Shown here piece after piece: positions 34,863-43,864 of a DNA stretch of 53,002 bases (positions are counted from its first letter, which is position 1; each line of letters starts with the position of its first letter). The notes beneath the pieces were generated by a model. The model was given only the letters and a program-made list of their open reading frames with translations. It was not told where the DNA came from and did no database searches. The stretch comes from a virus. Taxonomy: Duplodnaviria; Caudoviricetes. The translations under genes and the position numbers were made by a program. The stretch covers positions 1 to 53,002 of the IMG/VR virus record IMGVR_UViG_3300027881_000018. One strand, written 5' to 3'.

Positions 34863-35503
34863 GACTGAGTGGCGAACACGTCCTCTAGGATACCGAGGCT
34901 TATATCAGAGAGCTGCGAGGCCTTGCCCGGCTTAGACGTCCAGCCCTGACCGTCGCTGACGAGGGCGAAGATCCCGCGCGGCGCGCCGAGCACTCCGTCC
35001 TCGACGAAGATTGCCGCGCTGTTGGCCGGTGAGGCGCGCAGCCTGGGCTCGAACGCCAGCGCTGTGATCGTACCGCTGCCGCTCGAGCTGGCGTCGGCGG
35101 TGCACATCTTTAGCTCATGCTCGGTGCCTACCAGTATCGAGAAGTAATCGCCGCGCCGGATCCAGTTCGTGATGCTGTTGCTGCAGCCCTTCACGTTGAT
35201 GGTCGAGCCGGTCTGACTCGCGCCATCGACCAGCGGCGTGCCGCCGTATAGGCCGCGCTTCGGGTTGTCATGGACTATGACCCGCAGCCGGTTGGCCCGG
35301 CCGCGAGCCCCGGTGATGATGCCCATCAGCTCGGCTCTGTCGTCGGTCTGAAGGTTGGTGAAGGTCAGCGTCATCTTCCACTTCTGGCCGCCACGGTCGA
35401 TGGTCTGCGCGCTGGCGATCAGCGGCGAGTTGAACAGGCCCGTGTTGGCCTGCGGTATCACGCCGATTGCGTTTGGTACTGTGATGACGTCAAAGGTGGT
35501 CAC
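34859..35503 (-). CDS. Distal tail protein (Dit-like)
   Basis: Follows tape measure; FNSPL...QT...W...GDYF...FEPRLR. Confidence 0.7.
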   Translation of the reverse strand: MTTFDVITVPNAIGVIPQANTGLFNSPLIASAQTIDRGGQKWKMTLTFTNLQTDDRAELMGIITGARGRANRLRVIVHDNPKRGLYGGTPLVDGASQTGSTINVKGCSNSITNWIRRGDYFSILVGTEHELKMCTADASSSGSGTITALAFEPRLRASPANSAAIFVEDGVLGAPRGIFALVSDGQGWTSKPGKASQLSDISLGILEDVFATQS

Positions 35504-38148
35504 GCGAATGTCCCCCGTCTCAGCTCATCGACGAACTCGCCCTTGAGCTTGCGGTTGTTTTCCTCGAGCAGCGGGATGAGCGTCGCGGGCTCAAGCGGTC
35601 CGGATCCGGCGAAGCTGTTGCGCTGCTCGATGTTGACGACGACGTTGCCGAAGCCGCCTGCCGGTATCACCTGACCTGCCTTCTGCGGAATGAACAGCTC
35701 CGGCCCGGCTTCCCCGACGACCGATGCCTGACCAGCGGCCAGCGGCCCTCCCGATTGGCGTTTCTCTATGTCCTTCAGCACGTCGCTTGATAGCAGAGCC
35801 GTAGGCACTACGGTTCCCGCCTCGGTCGGCGCAAACAGCTCTGAGCCGCGCTTGCCGATCATGCGAAGCTGGTCGGTGGGCAGGGTTCCCTCCTCGTGTC
35901 TCTTCTCGACGTCTCGCGCCACAGCGCCCGGCAGGTTTGAGGCCGTCGGGAATGTCAGCACGTTCTTGGGGATGAATACCTCTGGCCTCTCCTCTCCGAC
36001 GATCGCCTGCTCGCGGGCCGCGACGGCACCGCCAGCCGCAAGGCCCAGCCCTGTAATGGCGCCTCTGGCAAACTGAGCGAACGCGCCGCTGCCCTTCGAG
36101 AACAGGCCGAGGAACGACAGCAGGATGCGGCGAGCGAGGAGCTGCGCCACCATCTTCTTCAGCATATCCGTGAATCCATCTACCAGACCCCTGAAGCCGC
36201 CCTTGGTGTTGGCGAAGAAGTCCGCGAGGATGTCCTGCATGTTGCGAAGTGCTTGGATACCGACCTGCGTCATTTTGCTGACCTGCGTTTGCTCTTCGAC
36301 CTGAGCTGCGATCAGTTCATCGATGAGTACCTTGCGCGCTCTCATTATCTCGTTGCGATCGCCCTCGCCCTTGACCAGCGCCTTGTTGAGAACAGCGATT
36401 TCGCGCGCGATCTTTGTGCTCTGCTTCGTGCCTCGCTCAAGTACCTGCGCCAGCTCCGTTGCCGCCTCAGTGGCGGTCTGGATGCCTTGTTCTTTCTGCT
36501 GTGCCTCGACCAGCTCTCCCATCAGCTCGGCGCGGGTACGGAGCGCCGCGTTGCGCTGCTCTTCGGTTTTAAGTACGCCGTCTGTGCCAGCGGCCAGCGC
36601 CCGATTGATGACGGCTATGTCCTCAGCGATCTTCAGCGCCTCGCTGCGGCTCCCCTTGAGTACGCCTTCGAGTCTCTTGGCCGCCTCGGTCGCCGTCTCG
36701 ATGCCCTGCTCCTCTTGCTGCGCGTCGATCAGTTCCTGCATCAGCGCGGCGCGAACCACGAGTGCGGCGTTGCGTTCCTTCTCCGTCTTCAGAAACTCGC
36801 CGCTGATCAGATTCTCGTTGATCTTCGCTATCTTTAGCGCGATCGTCAGGCTCTTCGCCTGCCCTGCGGTCAGGAGGGAGTTCAGTTCGTTTAGCCTCGC
36901 GGCTGTGTCTGCCTCTGCCGTCGCGGCCTTTTTCCTGATGTCTAGCTGCCTCTGCATTTCGGCGGAGACTTCCCTCATTTCCTCCCTCATCTCCTGTATC
37001 CGCTGGGCCTGTTCCTGCGTGAGGTTCGCGGCGTCCAACCATGCCGCCGAGAACTTATCCATTGTCTCGACGATTGCTAATCCTTCGTTCAGCAGGCCGA
37101 GCTGTTCGGTGCGGGCCTGCTCCATCCCCTTGATAAAGCCGGTGAGGCCAACCTTGTCGGCGTCGATGTCTATGCCGGGTACGAGGTCAGCGATGCGGTT
37201 CCAGCCCTCCTCGACCTTAGCCAGCGGCTTCAGGAAGAACGTGACGAGCGCAGAGCCGATTATGGCGATGGCGCGAAAGACTTGCGTAAGGGCCTTCAGA
37301 ACTCCGGCGATGGCACCGATTGACCGGACGAAGTTAAAGGGCCAACTGTCGGTCACGACGGTCACCGTAGCAGCGTCAGTCGCGAGCGACTGGATCAGGG
37401 TAGACATGATCTTGACTGCCGGCAGTAGCTGAAGGCCGATCTCGTTCCGTATGCCCTCGAAGCCGAGCCTCATCAGTACCAGATCTTGCTGCGCCGCCTC
37501 GAACTGCGCGACCTCGAACTCGTCGAGGACGGCGTTCATGTCTCTGGCGGCCTTCTCGGTATCCTTGAAGCCGGCCTCCTGCAGGAGCTTCATCGTGTTG
37601 ACCAGCCCGACGCCCTCTGTGTCCAGTAGCTTGAACCCGAGCTGAATCCGCTGGCCCTGATTTGCCACGTTCCCCATGGCTTCTGCAAGCGAACGAAACT
37701 GCTCGTCCGGCGTCATGGCAGACAGCTTCTGGGCGCTGAGTCCGAGATCGATGAGCGCCTGCTTGGCCTCGCCCGTGCCGACGGCGGCCTCTGCTATGCG
37801 CCGCGTCATGCGCTGCAGGCCGATCGTGAGGTTCCCGGTGGTCTGGCCGCTGAGCTCGGCGGCGATCTGCAAGACCTTCAGCTCGTCGGCTGCCAAGCCG
37901 AGCCGGGTGGCAAACTGGCCCAGCTCTTGGTTGGCCTCGATGGCCTGCTTGGTTATCGAGGTAAACACGGCTCCGCGTGCAAGCGCGCCGAGTGCTGTTA
38001 GGGCGACGCCGGTCTTAGCCAGCGTACCGATGAACCTCTTGGCCGACTTCTGGAACTTGCCCATGCTCCGCTGGCCTTTCTTCATTCCGCTCTGGAAGCG
38101 GCCTGTCTTCGCTACTAGGTTGACGATGATGTCAGCTGCGTTCGCCAT
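35500..38148 (-). CDS. Tail tape measure protein
   Basis: 882 aa helical; lambda-type N-terminus; C-terminal GG...VGEAGPELFIP. Confidence 0.9.
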   Translation of the reverse strand: MANAADIIVNLVAKTGRFQSGMKKGQRSMGKFQKSAKRFIGTLAKTGVALTALGALARGAVFTSITKQAIEANQELGQFATRLGLAADELKVLQIAAELSGQTTGNLTIGLQRMTRRIAEAAVGTGEAKQALIDLGLSAQKLSAMTPDEQFRSLAEAMGNVANQGQRIQLGFKLLDTEGVGLVNTMKLLQEAGFKDTEKAARDMNAVLDEFEVAQFEAAQQDLVLMRLGFEGIRNEIGLQLLPAVKIMSTLIQSLATDAATVTVVTDSWPFNFVRSIGAIAGVLKALTQVFRAIAIIGSALVTFFLKPLAKVEEGWNRIADLVPGIDIDADKVGLTGFIKGMEQARTEQLGLLNEGLAIVETMDKFSAAWLDAANLTQEQAQRIQEMREEMREVSAEMQRQLDIRKKAATAEADTAARLNELNSLLTAGQAKSLTIALKIAKINENLISGEFLKTEKERNAALVVRAALMQELIDAQQEEQGIETATEAAKRLEGVLKGSRSEALKIAEDIAVINRALAAGTDGVLKTEEQRNAALRTRAELMGELVEAQQKEQGIQTATEAATELAQVLERGTKQSTKIAREIAVLNKALVKGEGDRNEIMRARKVLIDELIAAQVEEQTQVSKMTQVGIQALRNMQDILADFFANTKGGFRGLVDGFTDMLKKMVAQLLARRILLSFLGLFSKGSGAFAQFARGAITGLGLAAGGAVAAREQAIVGEERPEVFIPKNVLTFPTASNLPGAVARDVEKRHEEGTLPTDQLRMIGKRGSELFAPTEAGTVVPTALLSSDVLKDIEKRQSGGPLAAGQASVVGEAGPELFIPQKAGQVIPAGGFGNVVVNIEQRNSFAGSGPLEPATLIPLLEENNRKLKGEFVDELRRGTFA

Positions 38149-38353
38149 CTTGTGCGCCTGCTCCCTTCATTTGTGAGACCTGCGCCTCTGCCGCAGCCCT
38201 CGCTGGCGCTGCATCATCCAGCAGGAAGTACGCCATCCACTCGGCCAGCTCCGCGCTGGTTATCCTCGCCAGAAGCTCGCTGACCGTACAGCCGAGTTGC
38301 GCCGCTAGGTAGAAGCTGAAGCGCCTGACCGGTCCGGCCTTGAGCCTTTTCCC
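38132..38353 (-). CDS. Tail assembly chaperone gpT-like segment, expressed by -1 frameshift
   Basis: After slippery G GGA AAA the -1 frame reads RLKAGPVRRFSFYLAAQLGCTVSELLARITSAELAEWMAYF... Confidence 0.85.
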   Translation of the reverse strand, partial: GKRLKAGPVRRFSFYLAAQLGCTVSELLARITSAELAEWMAYFLLDDAAPARAAAEAQVSQMKGAGAQDGERS

Positions 38354-38700
38354 AACTTCTCTAGCTCGTCCTCCCCGATGCGGCTCAGGCGTCTCGCGAT
38401 GTCCGTAACGCGATCCAGCGCGGCAGCCGACTTGGCGCCGAGCTTAATCGCGTCCTTCTCGCTGAACACGCGCTTGCCGTTCTCATCGACGATGCACAGC
38501 GAGGCCAGCTTCGCCCGCATGTTTCGGGAATCGACCGTGACCTTGGTGCCGTTGGTCTTGACGACCGACGCCTCCCACTCGTCGCGCTCGGCTCCTGTCA
38601 GCTCGCGTACTAACACGGTACCGCCCCACTCAGGTACTTCTACACTCTCAGTCTTTAGGTCATCCGCGCCGAGAATCTCGTCTCGTGTGAGTGCTTTCAT
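38305..38700 (-). CDS. Tail assembly chaperone gpG-like
   Basis: VEVPEWGGTVLVRELTGAERD...; ends ...LGK. Confidence 0.85.
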   Translation of the reverse strand: MKALTRDEILGADDLKTESVEVPEWGGTVLVRELTGAERDEWEASVVKTNGTKVTVDSRNMRAKLASLCIVDENGKRVFSEKDAIKLGAKSAAALDRVTDIARRLSRIGEDELEKLGKGSRPDRSGASAST

Positions 38701-38715
38701 ATTGCCCTCTCTCTG

Positions 38716-39129
38716 TTAGGCCCAAGCCAATGCCCCGCTGATCTTCATCCGAACGCTGCCCTTTACGGCGTCGTTGGCCTCGGTGTTCAGCGAGAACTCC
38801 ATTACCTCTGCGGCGAACGTAACCTGCGTGGACGACAGGTCAGACCATACGATGCGATAGTTCCGCACCGTGCTGCCTTCCGCGTCTGTCCTCAGGTTTA
38901 CGTGCTCCGAGTCCTGCGGGTTCCAGTTCAGCTCCATCGTGATCTCGCCCGGATCGTCGAGCGCGCCGATAAACTCCTTGGCGGCCGAGTCGAGCGCCGT
39001 GACCTCGATCTCATCCTTGGTGATCGCCGGGCCAGCGATACTAACGACATCGCCTACTGCGGTGAACACCTCTGGCGAGGCCGCGTCGCCTCGGCTTAGA
39101 ACCGTTCCACTACCTCTGAATACTGCCAT
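38716..39129 (-). CDS. Tail tube (major tail) protein
   Basis: GTVLSRGDAASPEVF...IEVTALDSAAKEFIGALDDPG. Confidence 0.85.
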   Translation of the reverse strand: MAVFRGSGTVLSRGDAASPEVFTAVGDVVSIAGPAITKDEIEVTALDSAAKEFIGALDDPGEITMELNWNPQDSEHVNLRTDAEGSTVRNYRIVWSDLSSTQVTFAAEVMEFSLNTEANDAVKGSVRMKISGALAWA

Positions 39130-39131
39130 TT

Positions 39132-39542
39132 CTATGTCTCCGTATGTATCACAATCCAATCCTGCGAGACCCTGTAGTCTCGCCGATCACCCTCAAAGTC
39201 CGGCAGGTCGCCGTCGTTGTCCAAGTACACTAACTGCACCGGCTCTGCACCGAGCAGCTTCGGGCTCGCTAACCCTACACCGTTGAGCGCCACTCTGACA
39301 GCATCGGCGAGCGCCTTCGAGCCGCCGTAGGTATTGTCCCATAGGTCAAGGCTCATTCGCACCTGCACGAAGTCGCTCGGCCCGTCGAGGTCAACCTCGC
39401 GCGCGGTGCTGACGCGCAGATAGACGATTGCCGGAAGCGCGCCGTCCTGCGGTATCTGTCCGGGATGAACCCTGTTGCCGACCAGCGCAGATACGCCTGC
39501 GTCGGCTAGAAGGTGTGCGACCAGTCCCTGCTCGATGCTCAT
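39132..39542 (-). CDS. Tail terminator/completion protein (DUF3168)
   Basis: LVGNRVHPGQIPQ...PAIVY. Confidence 0.85.
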   Translation of the reverse strand: MSIEQGLVAHLLADAGVSALVGNRVHPGQIPQDGALPAIVYLRVSTAREVDLDGPSDFVQVRMSLDLWDNTYGGSKALADAVRVALNGVGLASPKLLGAEPVQLVYLDNDGDLPDFEGDRRDYRVSQDWIVIHTET

Positions 39543-40027
39543 GCCGTTTTCTTGACCTTGCTCTTGGCCATCTCTGCGCTTATGCCCCGGTTCGTCTCGC
39601 GGATTACGTGGCGCAGGATCGCGCGAAAGTTGATGTCTGCGGCCCGCTGGATGTAGGGGTTGGCCTGCATGTTAACGGTGCCCTCCTCGACGAATCGCCA
39701 GTAGAAGGCGTTCTTCGGATTATCGCTGTCACCGATGGTCGGGTAGATCAGCGACACCTTGAGGTAGCCGCGCTTGCCGCGTCTGCCCTTGACGCGAACG
39801 AGCCGCCGCAGCCTGCCGGGCTTCGATTGCTTCTGGCCCCTGCGCACGCCCCGGCTCTCGGCTCGCGAGCGTATCGGCGCGGTGGCCTTGATGGTCTGCC
39901 GAATCTTTACGATGCCCTGCCGGATGGCGCGGCGCATGTGCTTCGTGCCGACCGTCCGAGGCACCTGCTTCAGTAGCCTGATCAGCTCGTCGGCGCCGTC
40001 GATCTTCACTTGAATATCTTTTGCCAT
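39539..40027 (-). CDS. HK97 gp10-family neck protein
   Basis: AFYWRFVEEGTVNMQANPYI. Confidence 0.85.
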   Translation of the reverse strand: MAKDIQVKIDGADELIRLLKQVPRTVGTKHMRRAIRQGIVKIRQTIKATAPIRSRAESRGVRRGQKQSKPGRLRRLVRVKGRRGKRGYLKVSLIYPTIGDSDNPKNAFYWRFVEEGTVNMQANPYIQRAADINFRAILRHVIRETNRGISAEMAKSKVKKTA

Positions 40028-40350
40028 CAGGGCCTCTCAAGCGCAAGGATCTCAAGCTCTCGCATCCTGCCGTCCTTGTCCATCGGCGTCACGATGTCAA
40101 AGGTTCTCGCGCCAAGCGTGATCCTGTCGGCGGCCGTGAGCGTGTTGGCAAGGTTGGAGTACCGGATCTTGATGCGATGGCTGACCTCGGCCTTGACCTG
40201 CTGGCTCTCGAATCGCTCGCGCGCGCCAACGGCCTCAACGCTACCCCACGCCGTCATCAGCTCCGTGTACGTCAGGCCGCCCTCGCCGAATGTGTCAAGC
40301 GCGGTGCTGCGACGCTCCAGTGTTAGCAGATGTCGCTTAGTTCCGATCAT
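40027..40350 (-). CDS. Head closure / head-tail adaptor
   Basis: RH.LTLER...D.FG...WGSVEAVGARERF...HRIKIRY. Confidence 0.85.
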   Translation of the reverse strand: MIGTKRHLLTLERRSTALDTFGEGGLTYTELMTAWGSVEAVGARERFESQQVKAEVSHRIKIRYSNLANTLTAADRITLGARTFDIVTPMDKDGRMRELEILALERP

Positions 40351-41132
40351 GTCTCGAGTCCGTCTCGCAGGTGTCGCCACGCCTCGCCGTTCGCAAGCTC
40401 GTCGTGCGTCCACTGTCGATAGGCGAGATTGTACGCCCACTGCTCACGCTCACCCAAGTAGGGTGGATCTGAGACTTTGCGCGAGGTGACCGGCCACGCC
40501 ATCGAGCCTCGATTTATGGCGACCGTCGGCACGCCGAGACAGACCGACTCAAGCGCAGCCGTACTCGACCACGTGACGCACATCGCCGCGTCTCTGAGAG
40601 ATTGTGACAACGGGCCCATCTCGTCGGCCATCAGCGGGTGCGGTCGGTAGATGCTGTTCAGTTTCATGTCAGGCTCGGCGTCGTGCAGCGCAGCTACCCA
40701 CCACCTGCGATTACCGGGAGACACGGAGTCGCCGGGATGCTGGTCGCAGATCAGGATGTAGTTGCCGCCGGTTCTCCACGGCCGCAGCTTGACGCCGATG
40801 GCCTCCCACCTGTCTGGTGGACAGTCGAGCGGTCCCGGATCAGCGCAACCGTGCAGCCCGTTCCACCCGACTGACACGAACCGCAGGCGATCCTTGACGT
40901 AGTCGCCCGACCGTCCGTTGATGTATCCGGCCTCAAGAATCAGCCTCGGCTTGTCGCGCAGCTCTGCGGGAACCTTGTCTCCCCACCACGCGACGAAGTC
41001 GGCCTGCTCTGCGCTCGCTGTGCCGGGACTGATGTCGATGTGTACGCCGTGTCTTGCCAGACCGGAGCCGAGCGCGATCATTGCGTCGAGCTGATGCGCC
41101 GCGCGCGACTCGTAGTGCAGGAACGCTCTCAT
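40347..41132 (-). CDS. GT-B-like glycosyltransferase (capsule-synthesis KpsC/S-like), paralog 2
   Basis: ILEAGY...RPHP...VTWSSTAALESVCLGVP...LAYRQWT. Confidence 0.6.
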   Translation of the reverse strand: MRAFLHYESRAAHQLDAMIALGSGLARHGVHIDISPGTASAEQADFVAWWGDKVPAELRDKPRLILEAGYINGRSGDYVKDRLRFVSVGWNGLHGCADPGPLDCPPDRWEAIGVKLRPWRTGGNYILICDQHPGDSVSPGNRRWWVAALHDAEPDMKLNSIYRPHPLMADEMGPLSQSLRDAAMCVTWSSTAALESVCLGVPTVAINRGSMAWPVTSRKVSDPPYLGEREQWAYNLAYRQWTHDELANGEAWRHLRDGLET

Positions 41133-41917
41133 CCCAACCCTCTCTGAATGTGTGGCCACGCCGTGCCGTCGGCCAGCTCTTCCATAGTCCACTGTCGATA
41201 CGCGAGCCTGTTTGCCCACGTTGTTCGATCGCCGACGTATGGCTCATCCGAGAGCAGCGGTCTCGTTACTGGCGCAGCAATCGATCCGGGGCCAAGCGTA
41301 TAGGTAGGCACGCCCGCGATCACGGCCTCCACCGCTGCTGTCGAGCACCACGTGACAGCAAACAGTGCGTTGGACAGATCCTCTGCCAGTGTGCGCTCGT
41401 TTCGGTAGTAGCTTGGGTGAGGCCGCCTGTGAAACGTCCACTGACGTCGCTCGCACTCGCGCTTTATATCTCGACGGAACTTCCCGACGTCCGGCGCTGC
41501 CCTGTCTCCTACGTGCTGTTCCAGCAGCAGCACGTACTCGCCGGTCAGCTTCCAAGGCTTCAGCTCAACGCCGAACGCGTTCCACCGCTCGCCGCATATT
41601 TCTTTCGGCCATGCCCAGTCAGACAGTCCGTGCCGCTTATTCCACGACGCAGAGATGAAGCGCATTCGATTCTCATTGTAATTGTCGCCGCTGCCGTTGA
41701 TGTACCCGCACTCTAGGATCAGGTGCGGTACGCGAGAGTGCGGCACTTCCTTGTCGCCCCAAGTCACGACGAAGTCGTCGTCTGGACGAGGCGAGGCCGG
41801 GGCCGATTTTACCCTAGCCTCGATTCCGCACAGCCCCATGCCGTCTGCCAAGGCGCACATCGCGTCGCGCTGATGGTCGTAGTGCGGACCGCTCTTGGCT
41901 GCGAGCAGCGCCTTCAC
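41129..41917 (-). CDS. GT-B-like glycosyltransferase (capsule-synthesis KpsC/S-like), paralog 1
   Basis: ILECGY...RPHP...VTWCSTAAVEAVIAGVP...LAYRQWT; GTGA coupling. Confidence 0.6.
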   Translation of the reverse strand: MKALLAAKSGPHYDHQRDAMCALADGMGLCGIEARVKSAPASPRPDDDFVVTWGDKEVPHSRVPHLILECGYINGSGDNYNENRMRFISASWNKRHGLSDWAWPKEICGERWNAFGVELKPWKLTGEYVLLLEQHVGDRAAPDVGKFRRDIKRECERRQWTFHRRPHPSYYRNERTLAEDLSNALFAVTWCSTAAVEAVIAGVPTYTLGPGSIAAPVTRPLLSDEPYVGDRTTWANRLAYRQWTMEELADGTAWPHIQRGLG

Positions 41918-42507
41918 CGCCACGCTCGCCAAGTCTCCGAGACGTACTGCTTGTTGGTCATGCGCTCGACGGTCCACTCGGACAGCCACGCTCGGATCAG
42001 CTTGTCCCACTCGTCGTAGGGCCGCTTGTTCACGTGTAGCTGCGTCTTGGTCGTGGGGTCTATCGAGTCCTTGTTGTTCGCCGTCAGCGCGATGCAGTCG
42101 CGGGCGATCCGGCCCATCTGCGTTACGAGTAGCTGATCGTCGTCCGGCAGCAGGTGCTCGATCACGTCGAAGCTGGTTACCATCGAGTACGCCGCGTCCG
42201 GGCAGCGGTGCAGGTCGTGGACAAACATCAGGGATACGCCCTCGCGCTCGCACAGTCCGGGGACGACCTCGGCTCCGGAGGCGGTGTGGAAGCCGATCTC
42301 GGTCGCGTAGTCGAGCATTTCGCCGCGTCCGCAGCCGATGTCCAGATACGATCCTGCCCCTCGCTCTAAGGCCCAGACCAGATCCTCCCTCGCGTCGATC
42401 ATGCGCGTTGGCCCCATGGCGTAGTTGTACGTCTTCTGAACGTAGCAGTGAACGTACTTGGCACGCTCGAACTCGCGGGCCTCGGTGCTCGGTGCGCTCA
42501 GTTCCAT
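41914..42507 (-). CDS. Class I SAM-dependent methyltransferase
   Basis: YLDIGCGRG...FDVIEHL...LHVN. Confidence 0.85.
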   Translation of the reverse strand: MELSAPSTEAREFERAKYVHCYVQKTYNYAMGPTRMIDAREDLVWALERGAGSYLDIGCGRGEMLDYATEIGFHTASGAEVVPGLCEREGVSLMFVHDLHRCPDAAYSMVTSFDVIEHLLPDDDQLLVTQMGRIARDCIALTANNKDSIDPTTKTQLHVNKRPYDEWDKLIRAWLSEWTVERMTNKQYVSETWRAWR

Positions 42508-43082
42508 ATCGGCAGCGTCCAGTTGGCGAGCATCATGGATGCCGCGCTTGCGATCGCCTCGCTCTCGGGATCTCCGGGCGCTCGCGCCTGCTCAAACTCC
42601 GCGAACTTCAGGAGTATGGCCTGCCGGACGGTCAGCGGAATGTTCGCCTGCGCCCAGCCGGCCTCAAGCGTGACCTGTGCCGCGCCCATGAAGTCGCCTG
42701 TGATCGGCCACGAGTCGTCGCGCTTCGGCCTGAGTCGCGGCGAGAAGTCGGTGTCGAGATCCGTCTCGTACGGCAGCGGCGAGCTGGTCCACGTTTGCAG
42801 AAACCCGTCGGCGTCGATGTACTTGACGCTCACGATGCTCGCGACCCGACCGAGCGGCAGCGCCCACGCGCCTGCCGGAAAGCCGTCTCGCGTAATCCTG
42901 TGCTCGCGAAGCACGATGGCCCTGCGGGTACTCTCGGTCGCCCACTCGAAGGCTCCTTGCAGGTAGCTTCGAAGAAGCTCGTCCTCCTCGTCGCCGGTAA
43001 TCTTGACGTGGGCCTTCGCCTCCTCAAGCGTTACCGGAAGCTGGCCGAGTTCGTCTGTGGTGATGATTCGCTCTCTGGTCAT
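42498..43082 (-). CDS. Head-tail connector (gp6-like)
   Basis: PVTLEEAKAHVKI...IP..VRQAILL. Confidence 0.85.
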   Translation of the reverse strand: MTRERIITTDELGQLPVTLEEAKAHVKITGDEEDELLRSYLQGAFEWATESTRRAIVLREHRITRDGFPAGAWALPLGRVASIVSVKYIDADGFLQTWTSSPLPYETDLDTDFSPRLRPKRDDSWPITGDFMGAAQVTLEAGWAQANIPLTVRQAILLKFAEFEQARAPGDPESEAIASAASMMLANWTLPIWN

Positions 43083-43747
43083 AGCACCTCTCTGATCTCT
43101 ATCTTGCGAAATGCGCTGATGCGCGACTGTGGACTACAGTTGATTATCTCCACGTGCGGCCAGCGGCCCGGCACCTGATTGTACTTGGCTGCCCACTGGT
43201 CGAACGGCGGCTCGCTGCTGAATCTAGGCTCTCGGTTGGGATGGCAGTTTCGCTTGTTGCCGCCGCAGTCGTAGCCGAGCAGGATGATCCGGGTCGCGCC
43301 GAGGGTAAGCGCAAGGCCTAGCGCCTGAAAGCCGCTGTGATCTCCGCTGACTACCGAGCCCGGTTCTCGCGGCATCGGTTCTCCGCGAGCCAGCATTGTG
43401 AGTGGAGTCGTCTCGACGTCCTTGACCTCCTCGCCGCTGATGCGCAGGCCGGTGAAGGCGGGATTGTAGAACTGCCACCAGCGAGCGTCGGCGGCGTACA
43501 GGATGTCGGCCCACGGTGCGGCCAGCGGCAGGTTGCGCCGCAGCCCAGCGTCGTTGATGGCGATGGCGCGCATTGTCATCGCGCCGTGCTTGCGATAGCT
43601 GTGAACCATCGTGAGCTGTTCTTCGGTCAGGCTCGGGCCAGTGCCGATGCACACGCAGGTGTTCTGATGCCAGTCAGGCCACTTGCTTGGTCTCACGCTC
43701 GCCTTTTTCTCTGATCCTGATGCCAACTCCGGCAGCGATAGCGCCAT
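43079..43747 (-). CDS. Maf/DUF115 (MptE/sialyltransferase-like fold) protein
   Basis: CIGTGPSL...AIND...SGFQALGLALTLGATRIILLGYD...IINCS; true start may be GTG at 43696. Confidence 0.65.
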   Translation of the reverse strand: MALSLPELASGSEKKASVRPSKWPDWHQNTCVCIGTGPSLTEEQLTMVHSYRKHGAMTMRAIAINDAGLRRNLPLAAPWADILYAADARWWQFYNPAFTGLRISGEEVKDVETTPLTMLARGEPMPREPGSVVSGDHSGFQALGLALTLGATRIILLGYDCGGNKRNCHPNREPRFSSEPPFDQWAAKYNQVPGRWPHVEIINCSPQSRISAFRKIEIREVL

Positions 43748-43862
43748 GTGCTGCGTCCTTTGGTATGTCTATGCCGACGACGTAGTCGCCCGGCTTCAAG
43801 GGCTTGAGGAGAGCGCCCATGCGCTCCCCCCAAGTGTAGGGCTTCAATAGCCTGATCTTCAT
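43674..43862 (-). CDS. Small post-capsid protein
   Basis: 62 aa MKIRLLKPY...; position typical of small head-packaging proteins. Confidence 0.55.
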   Translation of the reverse strand: MKIRLLKPYTWGERMGALLKPLKPGDYVVGIDIPKDAAHGAIAAGVGIRIREKGERETKQVA

Positions 43863-43864
43863 TC

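Noticed and set aside
41895-43178. 427-aa + strand ORF
   Set aside because: Arg/Ser-rich shadow opposite well-supported minus-strand genes
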